A DNA stretch of 64,000 bases from Nitrososphaerota archaeon (GCA_011605725.1 JAAOZP010000012.1:1-64000); one strand, 5' to 3'. Positions 30,188 to 40,001 are shown, counted from the first letter of the stretch. The notes: generated by a model from the letters alone, not told the origin. Made by a program: numbers and translations.

Positions 30188-30622
30188 CTATTTCGATTTT
30201 TCCCATTCTTCTATTGGGCCTTCAGTAACGTAGAAGATCGGATGCTGCTGGATTATCTTCATTCTCCTTAGCCTAATGTATAGCTCTTCATCTCTTTCTG
30301 AAAGCTTCTTTAAAAGATGGTTGAACTCGTGTTTGATTTGTCCTCTGGTTACTGGTATTCTAGGTATGCTTGTGTCGAACGTTCTTATTTTTGCAAGGTC
30401 AAATTCGTAACTTCTCCTTTCCCCCTCCAAGTATATGTGGTAGAGATAGGTGCCTACGTATAGAATTGGGTCCGCAGTTCTTCTGAACCTGATTAGTTGC
30501 GGGTGATTCACGTATCTTTCCGTCTTCCCCTCTAAGACTTTTTGAGCTAGAAGCGCTTCCCTCCAGACAGCTACAAGCCCTTTGGCGTCGAGGTACTTTG
30601 GATGGATTGACCAAAGACGCAT
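30188..30622 (-). CDS. Pyrimidine dimer DNA glycosylase / endonuclease V family
   Basis: MRLWSIHPKYLDAKGLVAVWREALLAQKVL, YVNHPQLIRF. Confidence 0.9.
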   Translation of the reverse strand: MRLWSIHPKYLDAKGLVAVWREALLAQKVLEGKTERYVNHPQLIRFRRTADPILYVGTYLYHIYLEGERRSYEFDLAKIRTFDTSIPRIPVTRGQIKHEFNHLLKKLSERDEELYIRLRRMKIIQQHPIFYVTEGPIEEWEKSK

Positions 30623-30762
30623 TTTACTGAACTTTTTCTAATAAGTATTTATTTAACTTTTCTGACTCCTTCTATTTGTTCAATTAAGCGCGCGCTGCTG
30701 TCTAAAGTTGAAACCTCGTCCTTTGATCCACAAATCTCACAATCAGCGCACTAGCGCGCGCT

Positions 30763-31428
30763 TCACAAGCCTGTTCAGCGATGCAAGCCATGAGATGGCC
30801 ACCTCTATTCTAGAACAGTTCTTAACAACAGAATTGCATGGTTCAGCTGAAGTATTGGGCTTAATAGAGGGCTTGGCAGACTTCTCCTCAAGCTTCGTTA
30901 AGACGTATTCGGGCTGGCTCAGCGATAAATTGGGCAGGAGAAAACCTCTTGCAACACTAGGTTACACGCTTACAGGAATAGCGCGCGGCGCTTGCCGGCA
31001 GCGTAAGCGCATTCCTTTACATGCTGCTTAACGTTGGAGCAGCAGTTTTCGCCTATGTATTCGGCGCGTTAGGCGACCGATTTAGCAAAAGAAACCTGTT
31101 AGCACTAGGATACATAGTTTTCAGCATATACTGCATAGGCTCCATTCTAGCACCATCAAACATCTGGATTTACGCCTTCCTTTTCCTCTTAGCAGGTGTA
31201 GAAACAGGCGCCATAGACGCGACTGAAAGATCATACGCTGCTGAGCTGCTTCAGGAAAATAGAAGGGGAACAGGCTTCGGGTTGCTCAGCACGATCAACG
31301 GAATAGGAGACTTCACGTCAAGCGTCACCGCAGGAATATTATGGGTGTCGATCTCCACTAGCGCAGCTTTCGCATTTGGAGCAGTACTTGCAGTGGCAGC
31401 AACAGCAATCTTAATGATTCGCAAGTAA
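30763..31428 (+). pseudogene. MFS transporter with 5' truncation and large internal deletion
   Basis: TSLFSDASHEM...GWLSDKLGRRK (N-terminal half) joined at about 30979-30992 to GALGDRFSKR...RRGTGFG (C-terminal half). Confidence 0.8.
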
Positions 31429-31539
31429 GCTTAAGCGTGCGCGAAAAACATATGATTCCGATTTGGTTTCTTAGCCTTTAAAAAGATATAGCGCGCACAC
31501 ACACTATGTTTTTAAAGAACAATGTTAAGCAACTATCTC

Positions 31540-32646
31540 TTACTCTTCCGAGTCGGTGGCGAACATCTCCGGAAACTCTTCTCTTAAGAACTGCATCTTC
31601 TCTAGAGGAATCTTAGGCAGCCTCTTCATCCTCTTATCAACCACGATGACTAAAGTCTCCTTATCTAAGTCCTCTTCCTTCAGGATTCCTTTCTCATTCA
31701 GCACTATTCGTCCCTTCCTATCAGGCTTTCCGAGGAGCTCGACGCCCCTCTCCGTCTTAATCGCCAATCTCAACCTATAGCCGTCAAGGTTATACACCTT
31801 AAAGCCATCCCAGAGACAAAGCTTCACACTCTTCTCTCCTCTCTTGTCCCGCTCGAGGTTTCCGCTCTCCAACGGGTACTTCCGAAGGAGCGGTACTCCC
31901 TCGTAGAGCCCTGGGCGCCTGATCCCACTATGCCACCCCCCATAGACCCTGTAGCGAGTAGGGTAGTCCTCAGGGCAAACTATCGTGCTCTCGTAGCATT
32001 CCCTCCTCTCATCGTTCGGCAGCCACTCCTCCCATCTCCTCTTCAGCTCGCTTAGTATCTCCACTCTCCTCAGCGTATTCTCTATTATCTCGTCATCGCT
32101 CATGCCTGCGACGCTGAACTTCATGCGGCAGTTTAGAAAGGTTTCGCTCACCCTAACTTCAGACATATCCACGTTGTATTTTCTCAAGACCTCGTTCGAG
32201 ATCTTGGAGTAGACGCAGAGGTCCTTAACTACAGCCGGCACAAAGCGTGCCAGCTTCATGACGTCTTTTCTTCTCTCAAGGAGCTGCGGGTGGAGAATGC
32301 TTGGGACCCACACAGCATAGTACATCTTCCCCATGAATTCCAAGTTCACGCCTCCCCGAGCAGCAACTTCAATGATGTTCTCTTTACTGTTGAAGTAGAG
32401 ATAGTCGATGAATGGGGGATACGGGTCTATCCAGTCGTCAGGCCATTTTATGCTTCCCTTCCACTCGAAGTAGATGCGCTCTAAGTTTCCTCCACCGATC
32501 ATGGTACCTAGCTCCCTGCCGTCCGACGTCTTCACCGGATAATCATCATACCTTCTCCAAGACGTTCCTTCCAGCCTGAACTTGCAGCTGCATCTTTCCT
32601 TCAACGCTTCAACCAGCTTTTGAAACACGTTCTCGCTCATCATCAT
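31540..32646 (-). CDS. Hypothetical protein, candidate immunity protein
   Basis: Soluble 368-aa ORF overlapping the stop of the upstream toxin-like ORF; no recognisable family. Confidence 0.45.
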   Translation of the reverse strand: MMMSENVFQKLVEALKERCSCKFRLEGTSWRRYDDYPVKTSDGRELGTMIGGGNLERIYFEWKGSIKWPDDWIDPYPPFIDYLYFNSKENIIEVAARGGVNLEFMGKMYYAVWVPSILHPQLLERRKDVMKLARFVPAVVKDLCVYSKISNEVLRKYNVDMSEVRVSETFLNCRMKFSVAGMSDDEIIENTLRRVEILSELKRRWEEWLPNDERRECYESTIVCPEDYPTRYRVYGGWHSGIRRPGLYEGVPLLRKYPLESGNLERDKRGEKSVKLCLWDGFKVYNLDGYRLRLAIKTERGVELLGKPDRKGRIVLNEKGILKEEDLDKETLVIVVDKRMKRLPKIPLEKMQFLREEFPEMFATDSEE

Positions 32647-34120
32647 CCACCTTTAAACTTCTCTAAGATCTTCTCGACACTATGCTTCTTCCATGCGAAT
32701 TCAATTTTCTCCATAGTAATTTTTATCGCAAGCACATAAATGTTTTCCGGTAATTCGTAGTTGTGGTCCTCTCTAGCATTTTTTATGCGGTTCCAAAGTT
32801 CTTCCTTCAATTCATCGCTATCCAGATGCTTAGTCAGGCTTTCCTCCGGGCTGGTTATCAGCTTAACCTCCAGGGCGGCAATAATCCTTTCTTCAGGATT
32901 CTCAGGATCCATGACGCGCACGTCCAATGGCTCCCTCGCATTGTTGCCAACTTCGTCGATGAACAGGTTCTTGCCCTCCAATACTTCAACCTCTTCGCCT
33001 ATTCCGAAAACCCTCTTGTTCTCCTTCACGAACTCGGCGGCTATCATGTGGCCGGCGACGCCCTCATCATATTTCGGGTTAATCCCGCTGAGGCTCCGTA
33101 TTACTCCGACAGCATCCCCGTATTCTTGAAGGTTCCGGGTTGGCACCCATCTCGCGGCTCCGCTTACCGTATCGGTCTCTTTCGCGAAAGAGTACTTGTC
33201 GCCTATGATGCTTCCCAGGGTTTCTTTGAAGACGGTGCTGTCCCGCGATATCCTGTAGCTGGAGAACCCCCCGGTGCTCGGGTCGTACTTCACGTAGGCT
33301 GCGCCCTGGGGCTCATCCTCCCCGAAGAATATTTTGAAAACCCTGTAGCCGTTTTCATCAGAAGGCGGGGGCATGCTGTAGACGTAGCGCCACCCCTCCC
33401 TACCGGACCCGTACCCTATTCTTGAGGACCATTCTCCCTGATCGTTCACCGTGGAAACTACGGCTAACGACTCCGCGTGCTCTCCTTCGCTGAAGAATGG
33501 GAATACTATTTCCACGCCCCCCATGCCGCCTGCAATACCGTGCGAGTATTTAGATTCCCCGGTTAAAGTCACGCCGTAAAGGTTGAGAAAGTATTTTCCA
33601 CCGCTGTAGGATAGTTGCCCCGGCCCGTTGTACAGGCTTAGAAGAAAAGCCTCGTCGACCCTTCTAACCAGCCTTATCACGTATGTCCCCTCCCCATCAG
33701 AGGGGAAGCATATTGCCGACGTGGACGAGTAGAGCCCCCTCACCCTGTGGTGCTCGACACTCGGCTCGCCGAGCCTCCAGTACGCGATCTCGTAAAACCC
33801 TTCGCCGATGCTTCGAATATAATCAGCATCAGGGTTCTGAACAGTATACTTTATTTCTCCGCCTTCGCCGATTCCAGTTTTTATAATCAGGTTTATGTCG
33901 CTCCAGCCTGGGTAAACCTCGACGAAGCGTTCGGCCTCAAGCACGGTGAAGCTTCCCTCCCTCGCAGGCGCAAGCCGGTGCACAGTGTATTCTCCGACTT
34001 GCTTAGCCGCCAGCTCCGCAGCAATCCTGACCTCCCGGCCGTCGAGACGCGTAACCACTGTGAACCATGCTCCCACCTTAGGCTCCCCCAGAGCCTGGTA
34101 AACCTCCGCGTGGATAAACG
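32643..34120 (-). pseudogene. C-terminal remnant of a large polymorphic-toxin-like protein with a restriction-endonuclease-like (PD-(D/E)XK) tip
   Basis: Reading frame stays open up to the GGCGCGCGCT junction at 34121; C-terminal EGVAGHMIAAEF...PLDVRV...ALEVK. Confidence 0.45.
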
Positions 34121-34130
34121 GGCGCGCGCT

Positions 34131-35039
34131 TATCCTTCTTTAACGAATCGATTTGCCTAAGCATCTCCTCGACATCATGCTTGAGGGCAGTGTAGTTTTC
34201 AAAGAGCTCCCTGTAGGCTGTCCTTAAAGAGTGGTTTAGCCTGATGCTCGTTCCAATTCTTCCGAAACCCTTGGCGACTACGAAGACGTTGAGCAGGCCC
34301 TCGCCACCGGTCCTCACGACGAGGCTTTCTCCAACCCTAGTAACGTTCTCCTCAACGGAAGAACCATCCGGCTTAACGAGCCTGGCGCCAAACCCAGCCA
34401 GCTCACCGGGATACGTGAAGGTTAAGACGGTCTCGTCCACACCCGCCTCAATAGATGCGAGCCTGAGCTCAGGAGGCGTTGGAACAGGCTCGCCTACGAC
34501 TCTAATCATGAAGTCCCCCGGCCTCTTGCTCGTGGCGTTCAGGGAAGCATGGATCGTATGCTCGCCGACGTTCACGATGAAGCTGTTGTTTGAAAAAGGA
34601 GGATCGTCGTCGATACTAATCCAGAGCTGAGTGCCGTCGAGGGTAAACATTGAAACAACGACGACGTAGAAGTCCCCGGTTACCACGACGTTTGGAAGAC
34701 TGATGGTGTACCAGTCTAGCGTAGCGTTCTTGAAGACACTGCTGGGGAGGAATGCTGACCAGTAGACAGTGTTTAAACCAGCATCCCAGATTTGAACGTA
34801 GAAGACTTGAGCGCCCCTGAGGACGCATGTGGCGTGAAGCCTTACCGCCGTTATCCTCCAGCTCGCGGAGGGAGGGGAGACCTCACCATCGCAGCATAAG
34901 GGTAGAAGTCGCTCCAGCCGTAGTCAGCGTTACCATCATCATGGGCAAGCTCGAAAGAAGAGGCGTAAACACTTGGAGCAGTGTTGAGAAACAGCGTTGA
35001 GAAGGCTAACAACAGGAGCGCGAAACCAAGCTTCTTCAA
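34131..35039 (-). pseudogene. Secreted/surface protein, frameshifted near 34880 and truncated at 34130
   Basis: Signal peptide MKKLGFALLLLAFSTLF, ELAHDDGNAD; restoring one base gives RFSPPSASWRITAVR...VVTGDFYVVV; ends in a coiled coil. Confidence 0.65.
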
Positions 35040-35230
35040 GCTTCTTCTATAAGAATGGGAAGAAATATAAAAATATTGCGTCTCAAAACGACACACCATG
35101 CTTCTAAACGCATACAGCAACGTTCCAAAAACAACATCCTCAAACCCTTTTATGCACCCATGTTCATAATAACAGGATTGCCAGCTGGGGAAAAACTTTT
35201 TATTTCAGAAACCTGTTGAAATACTTCACG

Positions 35231-35419
35231 TTGCTGCAGCGGTGCCACGTGTGTGGAAGAACAGATGAGACCTGTAAGCCATGTCCCTACTGCAACTGGT
35301 GGTTCTGCGGACAGCATTTGGACCCTGAGCAGCATGACTGCACGGGTTTAAAAATCATGGGAAAACCGGTTGATGCTTCAAAGCCTGAAAAACAGGAGAC
35401 ACTCGTGCCGCGCGCGCTA
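35231..35419 (+). pseudogene. AN1-type zinc-finger protein, truncated
   Basis: CHVCG...PCPYCNWWFCGQHLDPEQHDC; CCGCGCGCGCTA at 35408-35419. Confidence 0.6.
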
Positions 35420-35793
35420 TGGATTCTAACAGACTTGGCAACCGGTTCAGCGTTGAAGAAAACACGTCAATAGACAAGTGGTTTTTAAAGGTGTACAGCG
35501 TCGCATCCATCGATAAGGATTTTAACGATGTTCTCTTTACTGTTGAAGCAGAGATAGTCGATGAATGGGTAGCCTTGGAAAATCGAGGCTTACACTTCAC
35601 TCGTGATAAAGCACATAGATCGCTAGAAGGATATAGTTAGCATTTTATATTTTACCATGACGGAATTATCGATAAAAAGTTTTATTCAGAAATATAACGG
35701 GATGATGGAAGAGCGTATGCTAAGCTTATTGATTCATAATAAAACAGGGCCTCGAAGTGTGCGCTATTTTTCATTATTTATTTCACTATATAT

Positions 35794-36441
35794 CTATTTC
35801 TTGCCCACCCAAGCCTTGCAGATGTCGACTCCAACCACCGCATCCTTCCCATAGCCGTCGGCGCCAATCCTCTTAGCATAGTCCTCAGTTATCGGAGCCC
35901 CGCCAATAATCACTTTAACCTTGTCCCGCAAACCAGCCTTCTTAAGCTCGTTAATCACATTCTCCATCTCAACCATCGTGACAGTCAGAAGCGCCGACAA
36001 GCCCACGATATCAGGCTTATGATTCCTAACAGCATCCACAATAGCCTCAGCCGGAACATCATTACCAAGGTCAATGACCTCGAAGCCAGCAGCCTCCATC
36101 ATCATCCCGAAAATGTTCTTCCCAATATCGTGGAGGTCGCCCTTGACCGTTGCTATTACTGCTTTTCCTATTTTTTTGATTTCTGTGCCTTTCATGTATG
36201 GCTGTAGCATTTGCGATATTTCTTTTCCTATTTCTCCTGCGACTATCAATTCCGACAAAAAGTATTCTGATGCTTCGAATTTTCTCCCGACTTCCTCCAT
36301 TGCTGCGCTTATCCCTTTAGAGATAATCTCGTTGGGCGGTATTCCTTTTGCAACAGCTTCCTGTGCTAGGCGTTTGGAGCCGTCGAAATCTAGGTTGACT
36401 ATCGCGTTCTTCAGCTGTGTAAGTAGATTTTCCTCAGACAT
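35794..36441 (-). CDS. Corrinoid (B12-binding) protein, methyltransferase cognate type
   Basis: Cap domain MEEVGRKFE..YFLSEL; GDLHDIGKN, DLGNDVP, GLSALL, IIGGAP. Confidence 0.92.
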   Translation of the reverse strand: MSEENLLTQLKNAIVNLDFDGSKRLAQEAVAKGIPPNEIISKGISAAMEEVGRKFEASEYFLSELIVAGEIGKEISQMLQPYMKGTEIKKIGKAVIATVKGDLHDIGKNIFGMMMEAAGFEVIDLGNDVPAEAIVDAVRNHKPDIVGLSALLTVTMVEMENVINELKKAGLRDKVKVIIGGAPITEDYAKRIGADGYGKDAVVGVDICKAWVGKK

Positions 36442-36566
36442 GTTTCTTCAAGGCTGGCATATGTTTCTTCTTGATAAATCTTTCGTTTACGGGGATGGTT
36501 TTTCTTACTGAGGTGTCTTAATCATGGCGGTGTAGTGTGTGTTAGAAAAATGTAAGGTTTTTATAC

Positions 36567-37772
36567 TTGCTGGAGAAGTTAGCGGAGAGGTGTGCGGCCT
36601 TGGAGAAGCTCAATATTTCTTTAATCGGCTGCGGAGGTATGATGGGGGCGCATGTTAACGGGTTTAGGCAGTTGTATTCCAGGGGGTTGAGGGTTTTCGA
36701 GGTTAAGGCTGTTTGCGACGTTAAGGAGGCTCTTGCGAGGGAGAAGGCTGGGCTGGTTGCGGAGTTTCAGAGTTCTGAGCCTAGGGTTTATACTGACGTT
36801 GAGGAGATGCTTAGGAGTGAGAGTCTGGATGCTGTCGATATTGCTCTACCGCATAATGTTCATCATACTGTGGCAGCTATGTGTCTTGACGAGGGGCTGG
36901 ATGTTATTATTGAGAAGCCTCTGGGGATTACGATGAGGGCTGCAAGGATCATTATGGATAAGGCTAGGAAGAATAGTAGGGTTCTGGCTGTTGCTGAGAA
37001 CTATAGGCGGAGCCCGGAGAATAGGGCTGTTCGCTGGGTTGTGGAGCAGGGTTTGATTGGTGAGCCGAGGATGATAGTCTGGTGTTCCGCGGGCTGGAGT
37101 CCCGGTGCCTGGGGCTGGAGGGAGGACAAGTATGCTGCTGGTGGAAGCTGGGTTTTCGACGGTGGCGTGCATCTGGCTGACTTGGATAGGTATCATTTAA
37201 GGAGGGAGGCGGTGGAGGTCTATGCTGTTCAGAAGACGTTTGACCCGTTTAGGGATGGGACTAGGGTGACTGTTGACGATATGACGATGGCTATTATTGT
37301 TTACGAGGGGGATGTTTATGCGCAGTGGCTGTGGACTAGGGCGGCTCCCGGGAGGGGTCTTGGCTTAAGGATGATTTATGGTTCGAAGGGCTCTGTTGGC
37401 CATGAGGGTCTTTTCAGCGGGCACGCTGCTTACGATGGTCTTTTCATTCAGAAGGAGAATTCTGTAGAGATTGTGGGTATGGGTGTGCTTGTAAGCAGGA
37501 TGTTTGAAGGCCTTAAGCCTGAGGAAAAGTCTAGGATGTTTCCGATGGGGATTACTGACACTGTTGCAACGGAGCTTTACGATTTTTACGATTCTGTTGC
37601 GAACCGGCGTGCACCCGAGGTTGACGGTCTTGAGGCCTATAGGGATATGGCTATACCCCTCGGCTTCTACGAGTCGGCGCTTCTCAGAAAACCGGTTAGC
37701 GTCAGGGACGTGGAGGAGCTTAGGGTTGAAGAATACCAGAAAGAGATAAACGAGAAGCTTGGAATATCCTAG
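36567..37772 (+). CDS. Gfo/Idh/MocA family oxidoreductase
   Basis: IGCGG, IALPHNVH, IEKPLG, VAENYR, DGGVHLAD. Confidence 0.9.
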   Translation: MLEKLAERCAALEKLNISLIGCGGMMGAHVNGFRQLYSRGLRVFEVKAVCDVKEALAREKAGLVAEFQSSEPRVYTDVEEMLRSESLDAVDIALPHNVHHTVAAMCLDEGLDVIIEKPLGITMRAARIIMDKARKNSRVLAVAENYRRSPENRAVRWVVEQGLIGEPRMIVWCSAGWSPGAWGWREDKYAAGGSWVFDGGVHLADLDRYHLRREAVEVYAVQKTFDPFRDGTRVTVDDMTMAIIVYEGDVYAQWLWTRAAPGRGLGLRMIYGSKGSVGHEGLFSGHAAYDGLFIQKENSVEIVGMGVLVSRMFEGLKPEEKSRMFPMGITDTVATELYDFYDSVANRRAPEVDGLEAYRDMAIPLGFYESALLRKPVSVRDVEELRVEEYQKEINEKLGIS

Positions 37773-37876
37773 ACATTTTCGACTGTGCCCAGCATGGTGG
37801 AGTTGACTTGCATGCGAAACGCTAAGACTAGAAAATGTTTAATACAGTCTGCTGTCTGTCTCTCGTGACGGTCACG

Positions 37877-38803
37877 ATGCAGGCTCAGAACCCTTTAAGA
37901 AAATACTGCCTGATCCCGGCGACCTTGACTCCTATGAAAGAGGATTTCGAGGTTGACTATGAGCAGCTTGAGGATTACGTAAGGTGGCTGGTGAAACACG
38001 ATATTGGAGGGGTTGCCGTCAATGTCGACACCGGCGAGGGTCCTCATCTTTATCCTGAGGAACGCGTAAACATCCTGAAAGTCTTCTCAGAGATCGTACC
38101 GGGAGGAATACCTGTGATTGCTGGGCTACATGCCCGGAACACTATGGAGGCAGTTAGACTCGGTCTGGAGGCTAAGGAGGCGGGTGCTGACGGGCTGCTT
38201 GTTTTCCCGCATCCAGCCTTCGCGGGTGAGCCGAATGAAAGCGTAATATGCAACTATCACTCGGAAATATCTGGGAAAGTTGACTTACCAATTATCATAT
38301 TTCAACTGCAGCCAGCACTGGGCGGCGTAGACTTTACGCCTGAAACACTGTTAAGGCTTGCCAGCATTAAGAATGTTATAGCGATTAAGGAGGCTTCTTT
38401 CGATGCTAGGAAATTCGTCAACGTTGTTCACGTTTTGAAGAAAGCAAGCAGGAAGATAATGATCCTCACAGGGAATGACAACTTCATATACGAGTCTCTA
38501 GTGCTTGGTGCGGAAGGCGGGTTGCTGGGCTTCGGAACGATAGCTGTAGAACAGCAGGTTGAAATGTTCAACTTAATCGCTAAAGGCAGGCTGACCGAAG
38601 CTAGGGAAATATGGGAGGAGCTGATACCTTTAGAGGAAGCCATTTTCGCTCAGCCAGTTAGGGACTACAGGGCACGTCTAAAAGAGGCGCTCGTAATGAT
38701 GGGAGTATTGAAAACATCGTATGTTAGGCCACCCTTGCAACCGGTGTCGGAGAAGGAGAGAGAAGCCATAAAACAGGCTTTGAGAAGCCTGAGGCTAGTA
38801 TAG
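37877..38803 (+). CDS. Dihydrodipicolinate synthase / N-acetylneuraminate lyase family aldolase
   Basis: PATLTP, VDTGEG, IAIKEAS, LTGND, VRPPL; start uncertain. Confidence 0.85.
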   Translation: MQAQNPLRKYCLIPATLTPMKEDFEVDYEQLEDYVRWLVKHDIGGVAVNVDTGEGPHLYPEERVNILKVFSEIVPGGIPVIAGLHARNTMEAVRLGLEAKEAGADGLLVFPHPAFAGEPNESVICNYHSEISGKVDLPIIIFQLQPALGGVDFTPETLLRLASIKNVIAIKEASFDARKFVNVVHVLKKASRKIMILTGNDNFIYESLVLGAEGGLLGFGTIAVEQQVEMFNLIAKGRLTEAREIWEELIPLEEAIFAQPVRDYRARLKEALVMMGVLKTSYVRPPLQPVSEKEREAIKQALRSLRLV

Positions 38804-38807
38804 TGAA

Positions 38808-39995
38808 ATGGCTGGAATAGACCTGTCCGTCAACATATCCGGGGTTGATTTTAAGAATCCGCTGATCGTGGCCTCCGGGCCTCCTACGCTTTCCGCAGAA
38901 CATGTTTTAAAATGTATACGAGCCGGAGCCGCGGGAGCCGTTACTAAAACTATAACTTATGATGTGACGCAGCAGGTTCAGCCTAAGCCGAGGATGCTCG
39001 TAGTTAATCCTGAGGATGCTCTGAGGAACAGGTTCTACTCTTTATACTCTATAGACTTGATGTCGGAGTATAGGCCTGAGCTCTGGCTTAGACAAATCAG
39101 CGAAGCCAAGAAAGAGGCGAAGGCTCATGGAGGCGTGATAATAGCCAGCATTGCCGGCAGAACGTTTGAGGAATGGGAGAAGCTTGCTAAGCTTGTTGAG
39201 GAGGCTGGCGTAGACATGGTTGAGCTTAACCTTTCATGCCCACATTTAGAGAAGAATGTGTTAATGGGAAGAGCCGTATCCTCCAGCCCTGAGAAAGTTT
39301 CAGAAATATTGAAGACGATTAAAAAAGCCACTTCACTACCAGTAATAGGGAAGCTGACACCGCACGGCGCAAACCCTGTTGAACTAGCAAGGATAATGGT
39401 TTCCTCCGGAGTAAACGCTCTTGTTTCAACAGCCAGGTTTCAAGGCTTAATCGTAGACTTGGAAACTATGCGGCCAGTCTCATGGGGAGGCTTCGGAGGA
39501 TACGGGGGGCCTTGGCAAATACCCATTAGCGTCAGCTGGACTGCGCACATAGCCATGGAGAGACTGGGCGTGCCATTGATAGGATCCGGAGGGGTTTCAA
39601 AATGGGAGGACGCTGTACAGCTTATTCTCGCAGGCGCGTCAGCAATTCAGGTGTGCACGGCAATAATGATAAACGGGTTAAAGATTATTCCGGAAATACT
39701 GAGAGGTATTGAAGAATGGATGGTCAGCAAAGGCTTTCAAAACATTGCTGATTTCTCCGGGACTATTATAGACAGGATTGTACCCTTGGAGAAGCTTGAA
39801 AGAAGAAAAAGATTCAGGCTGTATATTGACGCTGAAAAATGCGTGAAGTGCGGAGTCTGCATTAGGGTTTGTCCTTATGGTGCTTTAAAAGCAGTAAACA
39901 CTGCGAGTATTCCGGAACCGGAGCAGGAGGAGTGCGACAACTGCGGCCTATGCCTATCCATATGTCCAAGGAGAGCAATCAGCTTCAAAGAGTGA
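38808..39995 (+). CDS. Dihydropyrimidine/dihydroorotate dehydrogenase-like flavoprotein with 2x[4Fe-4S] (PreA-like)
   Basis: FKNPLIVASGP, AVTKTI, ELNLSCPH, GKLTP, IGSGGV, two C-terminal ferredoxin motifs. Confidence 0.85.
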   Translation: MAGIDLSVNISGVDFKNPLIVASGPPTLSAEHVLKCIRAGAAGAVTKTITYDVTQQVQPKPRMLVVNPEDALRNRFYSLYSIDLMSEYRPELWLRQISEAKKEAKAHGGVIIASIAGRTFEEWEKLAKLVEEAGVDMVELNLSCPHLEKNVLMGRAVSSSPEKVSEILKTIKKATSLPVIGKLTPHGANPVELARIMVSSGVNALVSTARFQGLIVDLETMRPVSWGGFGGYGGPWQIPISVSWTAHIAMERLGVPLIGSGGVSKWEDAVQLILAGASAIQVCTAIMINGLKIIPEILRGIEEWMVSKGFQNIADFSGTIIDRIVPLEKLERRKRFRLYIDAEKCVKCGVCIRVCPYGALKAVNTASIPEPEQEECDNCGLCLSICPRRAISFKE

Positions 39996-40001
39996 GCTGG
40001 A

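Larger units (their letters stand above)
24022..31498. repeat. Dense cluster of short palindromes, consensus TAGCGCGCGCTA, at gene-fragment junctions
   Basis: Copies near 24022, 24744, 25182, 25261, 25379, 25414, 25846, 26001, 26059, 26902, 26970, 26980, 27059, 28068, 28265, 28326, 28408, 28604, 29960, 30175, 30686, 30752, 30979, 31433 and 31489. Confidence 0.85.

Noticed and set aside
24744-31498. GCGC motif strings as a CRISPR array
   Set aside because: The repeat is only 10-12 bp, spacing is irregular (tens to hundreds of bp), there is no leader or cas gene, and identifiable inserts are collinear host gene remnants.
24022-31498. Integron with attC sites
   Set aside because: No tyrosine recombinase in the window, no GTTRRRY/RYYYAAC boxes noticed, and most units are fragments rather than whole genes.
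24022-35419. Motifs as BssHII (GCGCGC) cloning or library chimeras
   Set aside because: Parent sequences lack the site, the consensus is longer than 6 bp, many copies are mutationally decayed, and duplicated fragments have diverged. Read-level confirmation is still needed.
35794-36441. Methanogenesis marker
   Set aside because: A corrinoid protein alone is not diagnostic; no mcr or mtr genes in the window.
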